Positions 35,557 to 45,591 of a stretch of 64,000 bases of DNA are shown piece after piece. Position 1 is the stretch's first letter; each line of letters opens with the position of its first letter. Source of the stretch: Thermoanaerobaculia bacterium. GTDB taxonomy: Bacteria; Acidobacteriota; Thermoanaerobaculia; Multivoradales; UBA5704. A program made the position numbers and the translations under genes. The stretch lies in assembly GCA_035949675.1 (NCBI GenBank), contig DASZHY010000092.1:3851-67850 (forward strand), given 5' to 3'. The notes beneath the pieces are model-generated. The model saw only the letters and a list, made by a program, of their open reading frames with translations, was not told where the DNA came from and searched no databases.

Positions 35557-36810
35557 ATGAGTGAACCGGCGCGCTCGACGACCGACTTTCAGATCGCCTC
35601 CGAGCAGTTCGACATCGCCAGCGAGATCATGGGATTGCGCGATGAGCTGCGCGTCCTGTTGAAGACGCCCTTCCGCGAGATGCGCGTCGCCGTGCCGATC
35701 CGCCGCGATGACGGCACCGGCGCGGTCTTCGTCGGCTATCGCGTCCAGCACAACGGCGCGCGCGGTCCCTGCAAGGGCGGCATCCGCTACCATCCCGACG
35801 TCGATTTCTACGAGATCCGCGCGCTCGCCGCGCTGATGACCTGGAAGACCGCGCTGATGGACATCCCGTTCGGCGGCGCCAAGGGCGGCGTGGCATGCAT
35901 CCCCTGGGAGATGAGCACCGGCGAGCTCGAGCGGCTGACCCGCAAGTTCATCCAGCGCATCTCGATCATCCTCGGCGTCAACCGCGACATCCCGGCGCCG
36001 GACATGTACACCAATGCCCAGACGATGGCCTGGATCATGGACCAGTACGGGCGCAAGAACGGTTACACCCCCGCCGTCGTCACCGGCAAGCCGCTCGAGA
36101 TCGGCGGCTCCCAGGGACGGGAGGCGGCCACCGGCCGCGGCACCATCTTCGTGCTCGAGCACGTGGCCCGCGAGTGGGGAGTCGATCCCGCCGGCGCGAC
36201 CGCCGCCATCCAGGGCTTCGGCAACGTCGGCGCCTTCGCCGCCCGCTTCTTCCATGAGCTGGGCGGCAAGGTGGTCGCGGCCTCGGACATCAACGGCGGC
36301 CTCCACGACCCGCAGGGACTCGACGTGCCGGCGCTGCTCGCGCACGTGGCGCGCCATCGCACCATCGCCGGCTTCCCGCAGGGCAAGGCGATCACCAACG
36401 AGGAGATCCTCACCGTTCCCTGCGACTTCCTCATCCCCGCCGCCCTGGGCGGCGTGATCAACCGCCGCAACGTCGACCAGGTGCGTGCCCGCTTCGTGAT
36501 CGAGGGCGCCAACGCGCCGACCACTCCGACCGCCGACCAGAAGCTGGCCGAGCGCGGCGTCATCGTCGCTCCCGACATCCTGGTCAACGCCGGCGGCGTC
36601 ACCGTCTCCTACTTCGAGTGGGTGCAGAACCTGCAGCAGTTCTACTGGGACGAGGAGCAGGTCAACCGCGAGCTCGCCAAGCGCATGGAGCGGGCCTGGG
36701 GAGAGGTGCTCGAGGTCCACAAGCAGCGGCAGGTGGACCTGCGGCGCGCCGCCTACCTGATCGCCATCGACCGGGTGGCCAGGGCCGAGAGCCTGCGCGG
36801 CTTCGAGTAG
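35557..36810 (+). CDS. gdhA: Glutamate dehydrogenase (Glu/Leu/Phe/Val dehydrogenase family)
   Basis: KGGIRYHPDVDFYEIRALAALMTWKTALMDIPFGGAKGG plus the Rossmann motif GFGNVGAFAARFF. Confidence 0.9.
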   Translation: MSEPARSTTDFQIASEQFDIASEIMGLRDELRVLLKTPFREMRVAVPIRRDDGTGAVFVGYRVQHNGARGPCKGGIRYHPDVDFYEIRALAALMTWKTALMDIPFGGAKGGVACIPWEMSTGELERLTRKFIQRISIILGVNRDIPAPDMYTNAQTMAWIMDQYGRKNGYTPAVVTGKPLEIGGSQGREAATGRGTIFVLEHVAREWGVDPAGATAAIQGFGNVGAFAARFFHELGGKVVAASDINGGLHDPQGLDVPALLAHVARHRTIAGFPQGKAITNEEILTVPCDFLIPAALGGVINRRNVDQVRARFVIEGANAPTTPTADQKLAERGVIVAPDILVNAGGVTVSYFEWVQNLQQFYWDEEQVNRELAKRMERAWGEVLEVHKQRQVDLRRAAYLIAIDRVARAESLRGFE

Positions 36811-36826
36811 CGCCTCGAGTAACGAG

Positions 36827-38155
36827 TCACCCGCGCTCCGCCAGCGGCACGAACCGGCGCTGCGGCGCGCCGGTGTAGATCTGGCGCGGCCGGTTGATGC
36901 GGGTCTTGGGGTCCTCCCGCATCTCCTTCCAGTGCGCCAGCCAGCCCGGCAGCCGGCCCAGGGCGAACATCACCGTGAACATGTTGGTGGGGATGCCCAT
37001 GGCGCGATAGATGATGCCGCTGTAGAAATCGACGTTGGGGTAGAGCTTGCGCTGGATGAAGAACTCGTCGGAGAGCGCCACCGCTTCGAGCGACTTGGCG
37101 ATCTCGAGCAGCGGGTCGGTGACGCCCATCTCGGCGAGCACGTCGTCGCAGGTCTCTTTCAAGATGCGCGCGCGCGGATCGAAATTCTTGTAGACGCGGT
37201 GGCCGAAGCCCATGAGCCGGAAGCCCGCGCTCTTGTCCTTGGCCATGTCGATGTATTTCTTGTAATTGGCGCCGTCGCGCTGGATGTGCTCGAGCATCTC
37301 GATCACCTGCTGGTTGGCGCCGCCGTGCAGCGGCCCCCACAGCGCGCAGATCCCGGCCGACATCGAGGCCCACAGGTTGGCCTGGCTGCTCCCCACCATG
37401 CGCACCGTCGAGGTGCTGCAGTTCTGCTCGTGATCGGCGTGCAGGATGAGCAGCAGGTTGAGCGCCCGGTCGAGCACCGGGTTGACGAAGTAAGGCTCGG
37501 CCGGCACCGCGAACATCATGTGCAGGAAATTGGCGCAATAGGAAAGGTCGTTGCGCGGATACATGAACGGCTGGCCGATGCTCTTCTTGTGCGAGAAGGC
37601 GGCGATCGTCTTGGCCTTCGCCAGCAGGCGGATGATGTTGAGGTCGACTTCCTCCTGCCGCTCCGGGTAGTAGGCGGAGAGGCTGGCCACCATCGACGAG
37701 AGGATGGCCATCGGGTGCGCGCCCGCCGGGAAGCCCTCGAAGAACTTCTTCATGTCTTCGTGCAGCAGGCTGTGATACGTCAGGCGCTGGCGGAAATCCC
37801 TCATCTCGTCCTGATTGGGCAGGTGGCCATAGATCAGCAGGTAGCAGATGTCCACGAAGTCGGTCTTGCCGGCGATCTCTTCGATCGGATAGCCCCGATA
37901 GCGCAGGATCCCTTGCTCGCCGTCGATGAAGGTGATGGCGCTCTCGCAGGCGCCGGTGTTGCCATAGCCGGGATCGAGGGTGATGTAGCCGGTTTGGGCC
38001 CGCAGCTGCGCGATATCGATCGCTTTTTCGCCCTCGCTCCCGACCACCACCGGCAGCTCGTGCTCCTTGCCCTCCAGGACCACCCTTGCCGAGCCCGGAG
38101 CTGCCGCCGGGCGAGCGCTCGTTTCTTCCACGGCCTCTCGCGTCTGCTGCGCCAT
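36827..38155 (-). CDS. gltA: Citrate synthase
   Basis: LHADHEQNCSTSTVRMVGSSQANL...GFGHRVYKNFDPRA are citrate synthase signatures. The start is the internal Met MAQQTREAV. Confidence 0.9.
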   Translation of the reverse strand: MAQQTREAVEETSARPAAAPGSARVVLEGKEHELPVVVGSEGEKAIDIAQLRAQTGYITLDPGYGNTGACESAITFIDGEQGILRYRGYPIEEIAGKTDFVDICYLLIYGHLPNQDEMRDFRQRLTYHSLLHEDMKKFFEGFPAGAHPMAILSSMVASLSAYYPERQEEVDLNIIRLLAKAKTIAAFSHKKSIGQPFMYPRNDLSYCANFLHMMFAVPAEPYFVNPVLDRALNLLLILHADHEQNCSTSTVRMVGSSQANLWASMSAGICALWGPLHGGANQQVIEMLEHIQRDGANYKKYIDMAKDKSAGFRLMGFGHRVYKNFDPRARILKETCDDVLAEMGVTDPLLEIAKSLEAVALSDEFFIQRKLYPNVDFYSGIIYRAMGIPTNMFTVMFALGRLPGWLAHWKEMREDPKTRINRPRQIYTGAPQRRFVPLAERG

Positions 38156-38253
38156 CACGATTCTCCTCGAAGAGGGCCTGTACCGGCGCCCGCGCGGCAC
38201 CGTCCCACCCCCGGCAATTTTAGACCCGGGCGGCGAGGACAAGCAAGGAAACC

Positions 38254-39420
38254 TCAATGCTCCCGCAACAGCTCCGTGATCGGCCGGCGGGCGGCGCGCC
38301 AGGCTGCCGGGAAGCCACCCACCACCCCGGTGCCGAGCGCCAGCAGCACCCCCATGCCCAGGATCCACGGCGCCGTGCGCAGGGTGAAGGCGATCTCGCT
38401 GAAGGTGACGCCGTTCATGGTCGCCGCGGTGATGCCGTTGAGCGGCAGCGCCAGCAGGCTGCCGGCCACCCCTGCCACCAGGCCGAGCACCGCCGCCTCG
38501 ATCATGAAGGCGAGCAGGATGGTGTGGCGGCGGAAGCCCAGTGCGCGCAGGGTGCCGATCTCGTGGCTGCGCGCCGACACCTGCGCGAACATCGTGTTGG
38601 CGGCGGCAAAGCAGGCGCCGATCGCCAGGAACACCGCCAGCACGTTGCCCAGGATGATGAACTGCGCCGAGGCGACGTTGGCCTGCTCGGCGTAGTACTG
38701 CGGCTCCGCCAGCGCCGTGAGGTGCAGCTGCTGGTCGCCCTTGATGCGGGCGATCAGCGCCTGGGCGTCGTCGGGCGAGGCGGCGTGCAGGAGCGCCGAG
38801 GAGTAGTTGCTGATGCGGCGGAAGGCACCGTTGAGGTCGGCCACCGCCCCCCATACCTCGGATTCGAAGCTGCTGCCCCCGGCCTCGAAAATGCCGACCA
38901 CCCGGAAGGGGACGCGGCCGAAGTCGACGGTCGAGCCGAGCCGCAGGGCGGGATAGGCCGCCGCCAGCTTGCGGCCGACGATCACCTCGGCCTTGCCCGG
39001 CTCGAACCGCCGCCCGTCGATCAGGCGCACCTGCGGCCGGATGCCGAACGCGGCCGGCTCGACGCCGCGGATCGAGACGTTGGTCTCGCCGCCTCCCGCG
39101 CGCTTGAGGATCTGCAGGATCAGCGCCTGGCCGGCGGCCAGCGGCTGGCCCTGCGAGTCGTGGGCGATGCCCGGCAGCGACACCAGCAGACGCTCCTTGT
39201 CCTGGCCGAAGAAGCTCTCCACCTCGCTGCGGGCGCCGTCGCGCAGCACCACCACGTTGCTGGGGTCGCCGGCGGCGGAGAAGGCGGCGCGCAGCCCGCC
39301 GGCCATCGCCAGCACGCCGACGTACACCAGCACCACGAAGGCGATCGAGCCGATGGTCATCAGGGTCGTGCCTTTGCGCACGAACAGGCTGCGGACGTTG
39401 TACTTGAGCGGGATCTTCAT
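38254..39420 (-). CDS. ABC transporter permease, FtsX/LolE-MacB-like
   Basis: [30 protein letters not shown]...IGTLRALGFRRHTILLAFMIEAAVLG. There is an ATGA overlap with the upstream gene. Confidence 0.7.
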   Translation of the reverse strand: MKIPLKYNVRSLFVRKGTTLMTIGSIAFVVLVYVGVLAMAGGLRAAFSAAGDPSNVVVLRDGARSEVESFFGQDKERLLVSLPGIAHDSQGQPLAAGQALILQILKRAGGGETNVSIRGVEPAAFGIRPQVRLIDGRRFEPGKAEVIVGRKLAAAYPALRLGSTVDFGRVPFRVVGIFEAGGSSFESEVWGAVADLNGAFRRISNYSSALLHAASPDDAQALIARIKGDQQLHLTALAEPQYYAEQANVASAQFIILGNVLAVFLAIGACFAAANTMFAQVSARSHEIGTLRALGFRRHTILLAFMIEAAVLGLVAGVAGSLLALPLNGITAATMNGVTFSEIAFTLRTAPWILGMGVLLALGTGVVGGFPAAWRAARRPITELLREH

Positions 39421-40565
39421 GCCACCCTCCGCACCGCGTCGACGATCCGCAGGCGAGCGGCGCCGAACGCCGGCCCGGCCCCCGAGAGCAGCCCGATCCC
39501 GACCCCGATGGCGAGGCCGGTCGCCCAGTTGCCGCCGCTCATCCGCAGCGTGCCGAAGACCGGCATCACCTTGGCGAGCCCGGCCCCCACCGCCGGCAGC
39601 AATACGGCGCACAGGCCGCAGCCGAGGACAGCCCCCAGAACGCCCACCGCCAGCGACTCGCCGAGCACCAGACGCAGCAGCTGGCCGCGGCCGAAGCCGA
39701 GGGTCTTCAGCACGCCCACCTCGGCGGTGCGCTCGCGCGCCGCCATCGCCATGGTGTTGGCGGTGATGAAGAAGATCGAGATCACCGCCGCCAGGCCGAT
39801 CGCCGTGAACAGCAGCTTGACGTTGCCCATCATCTCGGCGAAGGAGAGCTGGAAGGCCTTCTCGGTCTCGGCCCGCACCTGGAACTCGGAGTTCTCGAAC
39901 TTCGCCTCGGCCGCCTTGCGCACCGCCACCTCGCTGGCCGGCGAATCGATGTGCAGCACGTAGGTGCCGATCAGGCCGCGCTTGCCGATCCCCTCTTCCA
40001 GGTACTGGCGCTGGAAGTAGACGACCTTCTCCGCGGCGGGGGTCCTGGGCTGGGTGAAGACGCCGCGCAGCACGAGATTGACGTCCATGGGATAGATGTC
40101 GCCCTTGATGAAGATCGAGTCGCCGATCTTCCAGCCGTATTTGGCGGCCAGCTGCTTGCCGGCCACGAAACCTCGGCGGTCGGCGGCCCAGGCCTGCAGC
40201 TCCTCGGGGCTGATCCGCAGCTCGGGGTAGACCTTGAACAGGGTCGCCGGATCGGCGGCGAAGCGCGGGACGAAGTTCTCCGGCCTTTCGTCCTTGTAGA
40301 CGCCCTGGAACCAGTTGAGTGGCGTCACCGCCTCGACGTGCGGCAGGGTCTCGATCTGGCGCCAGTACGCCTCAGGCAGGAGCGTCGCGAGCGAGATGGC
40401 GCTGCGCACGATGATGCGGTTGTCGGAAGCGCCCTCGGTCGACGCCAGCAGGTCGAGAAACGCCATCAGCAAGCTGAGCAGCAGCAGCGCGAACATCAGG
40501 CTCACGATGGTGAGCGTGGTGCGCAGCTTGTTGCGCAGCAGGTTGCGTAAAGCCAGTTTTTGCAT
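39417..40565 (-). CDS. ABC transporter permease, FtsX/LolC-MacB-like
   Basis: [29 protein letters not shown]...[22 protein letters not shown]. Confidence 0.7.
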   Translation of the reverse strand: MQKLALRNLLRNKLRTTLTIVSLMFALLLLSLLMAFLDLLASTEGASDNRIIVRSAISLATLLPEAYWRQIETLPHVEAVTPLNWFQGVYKDERPENFVPRFAADPATLFKVYPELRISPEELQAWAADRRGFVAGKQLAAKYGWKIGDSIFIKGDIYPMDVNLVLRGVFTQPRTPAAEKVVYFQRQYLEEGIGKRGLIGTYVLHIDSPASEVAVRKAAEAKFENSEFQVRAETEKAFQLSFAEMMGNVKLLFTAIGLAAVISIFFITANTMAMAARERTAEVGVLKTLGFGRGQLLRLVLGESLAVGVLGAVLGCGLCAVLLPAVGAGLAKVMPVFGTLRMSGGNWATGLAIGVGIGLLSGAGPAFGAARLRIVDAVRRVA

Positions 40566-40633
40566 CGTGTCTATTCTCCTGTCTTTCATCGGTGCCGCAG
40601 GCTCCAAGGGTGCCAGCTGGAGCCGATGAGGAC

Positions 40634-40755
40634 TACTCGAAGCGTCTATCGGGTCTCCCCCCTCGACCCTCGATCCCCTTCCCGGTCACTGAACCGCCGG
40701 GTCCCAACCCGGCGGTGCCGGGGGGGAAGGGGACGCCCCCTCCCCTCCGCTTCGG
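40634..40755. repeat. GC-rich intergenic repeat element, copy B, with a 36-bp insertion containing hairpin CCGCCGGGT-ccca-ACCCGGCGG
   Basis: See copy A. It lies between the permease start and the ATPase stop, inside the exporter operon. Confidence 0.75.
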
Positions 40756-40771
40756 CCATCTGTTGTTCTCT

Positions 40772-41449
40772 TCAAGCGGCGGCCAGCTGTCCCTTCTCGA
40801 GGTGCACCATGGTCCGCGCCCGCTCCGCGGCGCGCGGGTCGTGGGTCACCATCACGATGGTCTTGCCGAACTGGCGGTTGAGCTCGACCAGCAGGTCGAG
40901 CACGTCTTCGGCGCTCTTGGCGTCGAGGTCGCCGGTCGGCTCGTCCGCCAGCAGCAGGGTCGGGTCGGTGACGATCGCACGGGCGATCGCCACCCGCTGC
41001 TCCTGGCCTCCCGACAGCTGCCTGGGAAAGTGGTCCATGCGGTCGGCGAGCCCGACCACCCCCAGCGCGGTCTCGGCCTTGACCTTGCGCTGCGCCCGCG
41101 ACAGGCGGGTGAGGGTGAGCGGCAGCTCGACGTTCTCGAACGCGGTGAGCACCGGGATGAGGTTGTAGAACTGGAAGATGAAGCCGATGCTGCGCCGGCG
41201 CCAGACGGCGAGGTCGCTCTCCGACAGCCTGCCGATGTCCTGGTCGGCCACCTTCACCTCGCCCGACGTCGGGCGGTCGATGCCGGCCAGCAGGTTGAGC
41301 AGCGTGCTCTTGCCGGAGCCCGACGGCCCCATCAACGCGACGAAATCGCCGGCCGCCACCTGCAGGTTGACGCCCTGTAGCACCTTGATCAGAAAGTCGT
41401 CGCGACGGTAGGTCTTGACGACGTCTCGCACTTCCACGACGTTGCTCAT
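40772..41449 (-). CDS. ABC transporter ATP-binding protein (MacB/LolD family)
   Basis: [23 protein letters not shown]...[16 protein letters not shown]...[11 protein letters not shown]. Confidence 0.85.
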   Translation of the reverse strand: MSNVVEVRDVVKTYRRDDFLIKVLQGVNLQVAAGDFVALMGPSGSGKSTLLNLLAGIDRPTSGEVKVADQDIGRLSESDLAVWRRRSIGFIFQFYNLIPVLTAFENVELPLTLTRLSRAQRKVKAETALGVVGLADRMDHFPRQLSGGQEQRVAIARAIVTDPTLLLADEPTGDLDAKSAEDVLDLLVELNRQFGKTIVMVTHDPRAAERARTMVHLEKGQLAAA

Positions 41450-41509
41450 GTTTGCGCAGTCTCCTCCCATGGTCCGCCCTCCGGGCGGTGAAGCTGGTCT
41501 CAGCCCTTC

Positions 41510-42850
41510 TCATGTCTCCGCGGCTCGGACCTTCTGTCCATCCTCGAGCTTCTCGACGCCGGAGCGGACGATCGTCTCGCCGCCATTGACTCCTGACACC
41601 ACTTCCACGCGGTCGCTCGCCGCGGCGGCGGAGCCGCCGGCATTCGTCGCTCCGGCACCAGCCCCGGCGCCGCTCGCGGCCCTGGCCGGGCTGGCAGGGG
41701 CCAGCGCCACCTCGGTCCGCCGCAGGCGGCCGTTCACGACCTTGAACACGAACGCGGCGCCGCCCTCCTGGCGCACCGCGCTGCGCGGCACGAAGAGCTT
41801 GGGCTTGGCGGCGAGCGCCGCGCGGTCGATGCCGGCGCCGAGGAAGGTCACGGTCGTGCTCATGTCGGGGACCAGCCGCTCGTCGGCGTCGTCGACCGTC
41901 ACCTTGACCAGCACCACCGCCTTGGCGCGGTCGGCAGTCGGCACGATCTGGCGCAGCTTGCCGTGGTAGACCCGGTCGGGCACGGCGTCGATCTTGATCT
42001 CGGCCGGCTGGCCGCGCTTCAAGCGGGCGATGTAGCTCTCGTTGATGTCGGCCTCGACCTCGAGCGAGCGCGGGTCGGCGATGCGCACGATGGAGCCGGT
42101 CGATTGCTGGCTGGTAAAGCCGCCAGGTGCCACCATCTCCCCCACCAGCACGTTCTTCTGGATCACCACGCCGGTCAGCGGCGAGCGGATGACGGTGTAG
42201 GAGAGCTGCGCCTCGGACGAGCGCAGCCGGGCCTCGGCGGTGCCCACCTGGGCTGCCGCCACCGCCTCCTGGGTGCGGGCGGCGTCGAGCGTCGCTTGCG
42301 GCGACGCACCGGCGGGGACCAGCTTCTCCTGGCGGCCGCGCTCGCGGCTGGCGTCGGCGAGCTTGGCCTTGACTTCCGCCAGCGCCGCCCGGTTCTGGTC
42401 GATGGCGGCGCGCAGGTCGGCGCTGTCCAGCACCGCGATGACATCGCCCTGTTTCACCTGGTCGCCCTCGTCGACGCGCAGCTCGACCACCCGGCCGATG
42501 ATCTTGGCGCCCACCGCCGCCCGCTCGCGCGCGTAGGTGTAGCCGGTCGCGGTCAGCACCGTCGAGGCCTCGGTGGGGGTCACCACCTGCACGGTGGTGG
42601 TCTCCACGCGCGGCAACAGGAACGGCGCCGGCGCCAGGAAGGCCCAGGCGGCCGCGGCGCCGGCGGCGGCCAGGGCGACGAGCCAGCCGATCCAGCCGCG
42701 GCGGGGCCGGTACTCGAGATCGTCCGGGGCCATCCGCAGCGCCGTGAGGTCCGGCCGCGGGCCGCGTTCGCGCGCGGCCGCGGCTCCGCCCGTCGCCGGC
42801 CGCGGCGCTCCCTGCTCGTCGGCCGCGGGCCGCACGGGCAGGGTGCCCAT
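41510..42850 (-). CDS. Periplasmic adaptor/membrane fusion protein (HlyD/MacA family)
   Basis: An N-terminal TM helix, coiled-coil region and beta-barrel (YTVIRSPLTGVVIQKNVLVGEMV). The start is chosen at the internal Met MGTLPV. Confidence 0.7.
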   Translation of the reverse strand: MGTLPVRPAADEQGAPRPATGGAAAARERGPRPDLTALRMAPDDLEYRPRRGWIGWLVALAAAGAAAAWAFLAPAPFLLPRVETTTVQVVTPTEASTVLTATGYTYARERAAVGAKIIGRVVELRVDEGDQVKQGDVIAVLDSADLRAAIDQNRAALAEVKAKLADASRERGRQEKLVPAGASPQATLDAARTQEAVAAAQVGTAEARLRSSEAQLSYTVIRSPLTGVVIQKNVLVGEMVAPGGFTSQQSTGSIVRIADPRSLEVEADINESYIARLKRGQPAEIKIDAVPDRVYHGKLRQIVPTADRAKAVVLVKVTVDDADERLVPDMSTTVTFLGAGIDRAALAAKPKLFVPRSAVRQEGGAAFVFKVVNGRLRRTEVALAPASPARAASGAGAGAGATNAGGSAAAASDRVEVVSGVNGGETIVRSGVEKLEDGQKVRAAET

Positions 42851-43217
42851 GCGGCATTCCCCTGAGGGCTCTCCGCTGGTCGCCAGTCGCGGCACTCCCT
42901 GCTTGTCGGCGGGCTTGACCTGGGTTTCGAGCTCACTGCTCACGAGAAGCCTCCTTTGACTTGTGGATCGCGCGGCGTCGGCCGGCGTCGCGTCGCCCGG
43001 CGGCGTCCGGCGCCGTCCGGCGCCGTCCGGAGCCAGGCCGCGGCGGCGCCGCCCGGAGCCAGGCCGGCCGCGGCTCCGCCTGTCGCCTGTCGCGGCACTC
43101 CCCGCTCGTCGCGGCGGCACCACGCCACTCTACGGGGACCCGGCTTGGGAGTTGCGGCTCAGTGCCCCGCCATCCTCTCAGCGCGCTGAGCATGCTGAGC
43201 GTGCTGAGCGTGGGCGG

Positions 43218-43643
43218 TCAGGGCTCGTACGCCGCGCACGAGGTCTCATTCTCCCAGACTTCGACCCGCACCACCCGGATACGCTGGCCGGTCCCACCCT
43301 CCTTAGACTCGGCCGGTTTGCCGTTCTCATCGACGGCATCGGCGGCGGACACCCGTTTCGCGACCTCGTCGTAGACGTATTGCGCCAGCAGCTCGGCGGT
43401 GGTGTTGCGCTCGTCGAATGGCGGCACCTCGTTGAGCACGTGGTGGTCGAAAGGGCCGAGAACCTCCTGCATGATCGCCTTCAGATCGGCGAAGTCGAGG
43501 ACCATGCCGAGCGCGTCCAGCTGTCGCGCGCGCAGGTAGACGCGCACCCGATAGTTGTGCCCGTGCAGGTTCTCGCAGCCGCGGGTATGACCCCGGATGG
43601 CGTGCGCGGCGGCGAAGGAAAAGTCCTTGAAGATGGTGTGCAT
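43218..43643 (-). CDS. queD: 6-carboxy-5,6,7,8-tetrahydropterin synthase QueD
   Basis: FSFAAAHAIRGHTRGCENLHGHNYRVRVYL is the PTPS/QueD zinc-binding Cys/His motif. Confidence 0.85.
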   Translation of the reverse strand: MHTIFKDFSFAAAHAIRGHTRGCENLHGHNYRVRVYLRARQLDALGMVLDFADLKAIMQEVLGPFDHHVLNEVPPFDERNTTAELLAQYVYDEVAKRVSAADAVDENGKPAESKEGGTGQRIRVVRVEVWENETSCAAYEP

Positions 43644-43961
43644 GTGACCCTGAGCGGTCGTGCCGCCCGCGGGATTCTATCCCGGTCTGCCGCCTCGTCC
43701 GCCGGGGGGCACCCGGCGGGTTTCCCATCGGATCCGGCGCCGATCCAGGATTTTGAACCGAAGGGAATCGGCAGGGAACCTACCCTGTTGAAACAGGTGG
43801 AGGCGGGTTCCGGGAGTTGAGCCCGCCTGCGGAGGCAAACTTCCTCCGACAATCTCCTAAAGCTCCCTCTCCTCCCCCCGCGCCGCCTCCCTCCACGGTG
43901 CGGGGCTTTTTATGCCCGGATGATCGGCGATAATGGAGCGGGCCCCCTCGCCCTGCTCCCT

Positions 43962-45590
43962 ATGAACACGCGTGTCGAGCTGCCTCTCTGGATGGTCGCG
44001 GTCTTGCTCGTGCTCGCGGCCTGGGCGGCGCTCGACCGGCTGCTGGTCCCGAGCGTGCGCTGGTACCTGCGCCGCCGGGTCAACCGCGTCATCGACGAGC
44101 TCAACACCCGCCTGAAGATCGGCATCCAGCCGTTCCAGCGCACCCGCCGCCAGGTGCTGATCGACCGCCTGCTCTACGACCCGATGGTGGTGCAGGCTGC
44201 CGAAGCCAGCGCCCGCGAGCGGCAGATGCCGCGTGAGGTGGTGCTCGCCGAGGTCGAGCGGTACGCCCGCGAGATCGTTCCCGCCTTCAACGCCTACTTC
44301 TACTTCCGGCTGGGCACCTGGATCTCGCGGCGGGTCGCGCGCCTCCTTTACCGCGTGCGTCTGGCTGCAAGCAGCGCGAGCGACGAGGCGGCGCTCAGCG
44401 CGGTGCCTGCCGGCTCGACCGTGGTCTTCCTGATGAATCACCGCAGCAACATGGACTACGTGCTGGTGGCGTACCTGGCGGCCGATCGCACCGCGCTGTC
44501 GTACGCGGTCGGCGAGTGGGCGCGGATCTGGCCGTTGCAGACCCTCATCCGCGCCACCGGCGCCTATTTCGTGCGCCGCAACTCCCGCGACCCCCTGTAC
44601 CGGCGGGTCCTGGAGCGCTACATCCAGATGGCCACCGGCGCCGGGGTGACCCAGGCCGTCTATCCCGAGGGCGGCCTGACTCGCGACGGCCGCCTGCGGC
44701 CGCCGAAGCTCGGCCTGCTCGGCTACATGCTGCGCACCTTCGATCCCGAGGGCGAGCGCGACCTGGTGTTTATCCCGGTCGGCATCAACTACGACCGCAC
44801 TCTCGAGGACCGCACCCTGCTGCTCGACGCGGCGCCGGCGCCGGCGGCCGCGGGCGGCGCGGCGGCGCCCGGGCAGCGTCCGCGCCATCCCAGGCCAGGC
44901 CTGGCGCGCGCCCTGGCCACCACCCTGCGATTCGTCTTGCGCCAGCTGGCGCTGGCGGCGCGCAGCCGCTGGCACCGCTTCGGCTATGCCTGCGTCACCT
45001 TCGGCGGCCCCATCTCGATGCGTGACTATCTGCGCCGGCGCCGGCTCGACTTCCGGACGCTCGGGCCGGCGGAGCAGTCCGAGCAGCTGGCGGCGATCGG
45101 GGCGGAGCTGATGGCGGCGGTGGGAGCGGTGGTGCCGGTGGTGCCGGTGGCGCTGGTGGCTTCGGTCTTCGTCGAGTGCGCCGAGAGCGCCGCCTGCGGC
45201 ACGGGACAGCTCTCGCTGCTCGAGCTGATGGCGGCCGCATGGCGCCGGATGGCGGAGCTCGAAGCCGCCGGCGCCCGGGTCTACGTGCCGCGCCGAGACC
45301 AGGAATATGCCATCGAGGCCGGCCTGCGCATGCTCACCCTCCGCCACCTGGTGGACGAGCGGGAGGGGCTCTATTCGGCCCGCGAGGCCGAGCTGCCTTT
45401 GCTGCGCTACTACGCCAACTCGATCGCCCACTTCAAGGCGCCCGGCCAGGGCGCCGCCATCTGGCCAACAGCGCCCGGCCAGGGCGGCGCCGCCGAGCCG
45501 CCGGTGCCTGCAGGCGGCGCCCTGACCGCCGGCGACCCCTCCCCGGACAGCCCGAAACTCGCCGTCCTTCCCGCCGTATCCACGCCTTGA
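43962..45590 (+). CDS. PlsB-like glycerol-3-phosphate acyltransferase family protein
   Basis: HxxxxD acyltransferase motif (FLMNHRSNMDYVLVAY) and GAYFVRR. An N-terminal TM helix is present. Confidence 0.65.
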   Translation: MNTRVELPLWMVAVLLVLAAWAALDRLLVPSVRWYLRRRVNRVIDELNTRLKIGIQPFQRTRRQVLIDRLLYDPMVVQAAEASARERQMPREVVLAEVERYAREIVPAFNAYFYFRLGTWISRRVARLLYRVRLAASSASDEAALSAVPAGSTVVFLMNHRSNMDYVLVAYLAADRTALSYAVGEWARIWPLQTLIRATGAYFVRRNSRDPLYRRVLERYIQMATGAGVTQAVYPEGGLTRDGRLRPPKLGLLGYMLRTFDPEGERDLVFIPVGINYDRTLEDRTLLLDAAPAPAAAGGAAAPGQRPRHPRPGLARALATTLRFVLRQLALAARSRWHRFGYACVTFGGPISMRDYLRRRRLDFRTLGPAEQSEQLAAIGAELMAAVGAVVPVVPVALVASVFVECAESAACGTGQLSLLELMAAAWRRMAELEAAGARVYVPRRDQEYAIEAGLRMLTLRHLVDEREGLYSAREAELPLLRYYANSIAHFKAPGQGAAIWPTAPGQGGAAEPPVPAGGALTAGDPSPDSPKLAVLPAVSTP

Positions 45591-45591
45591 G

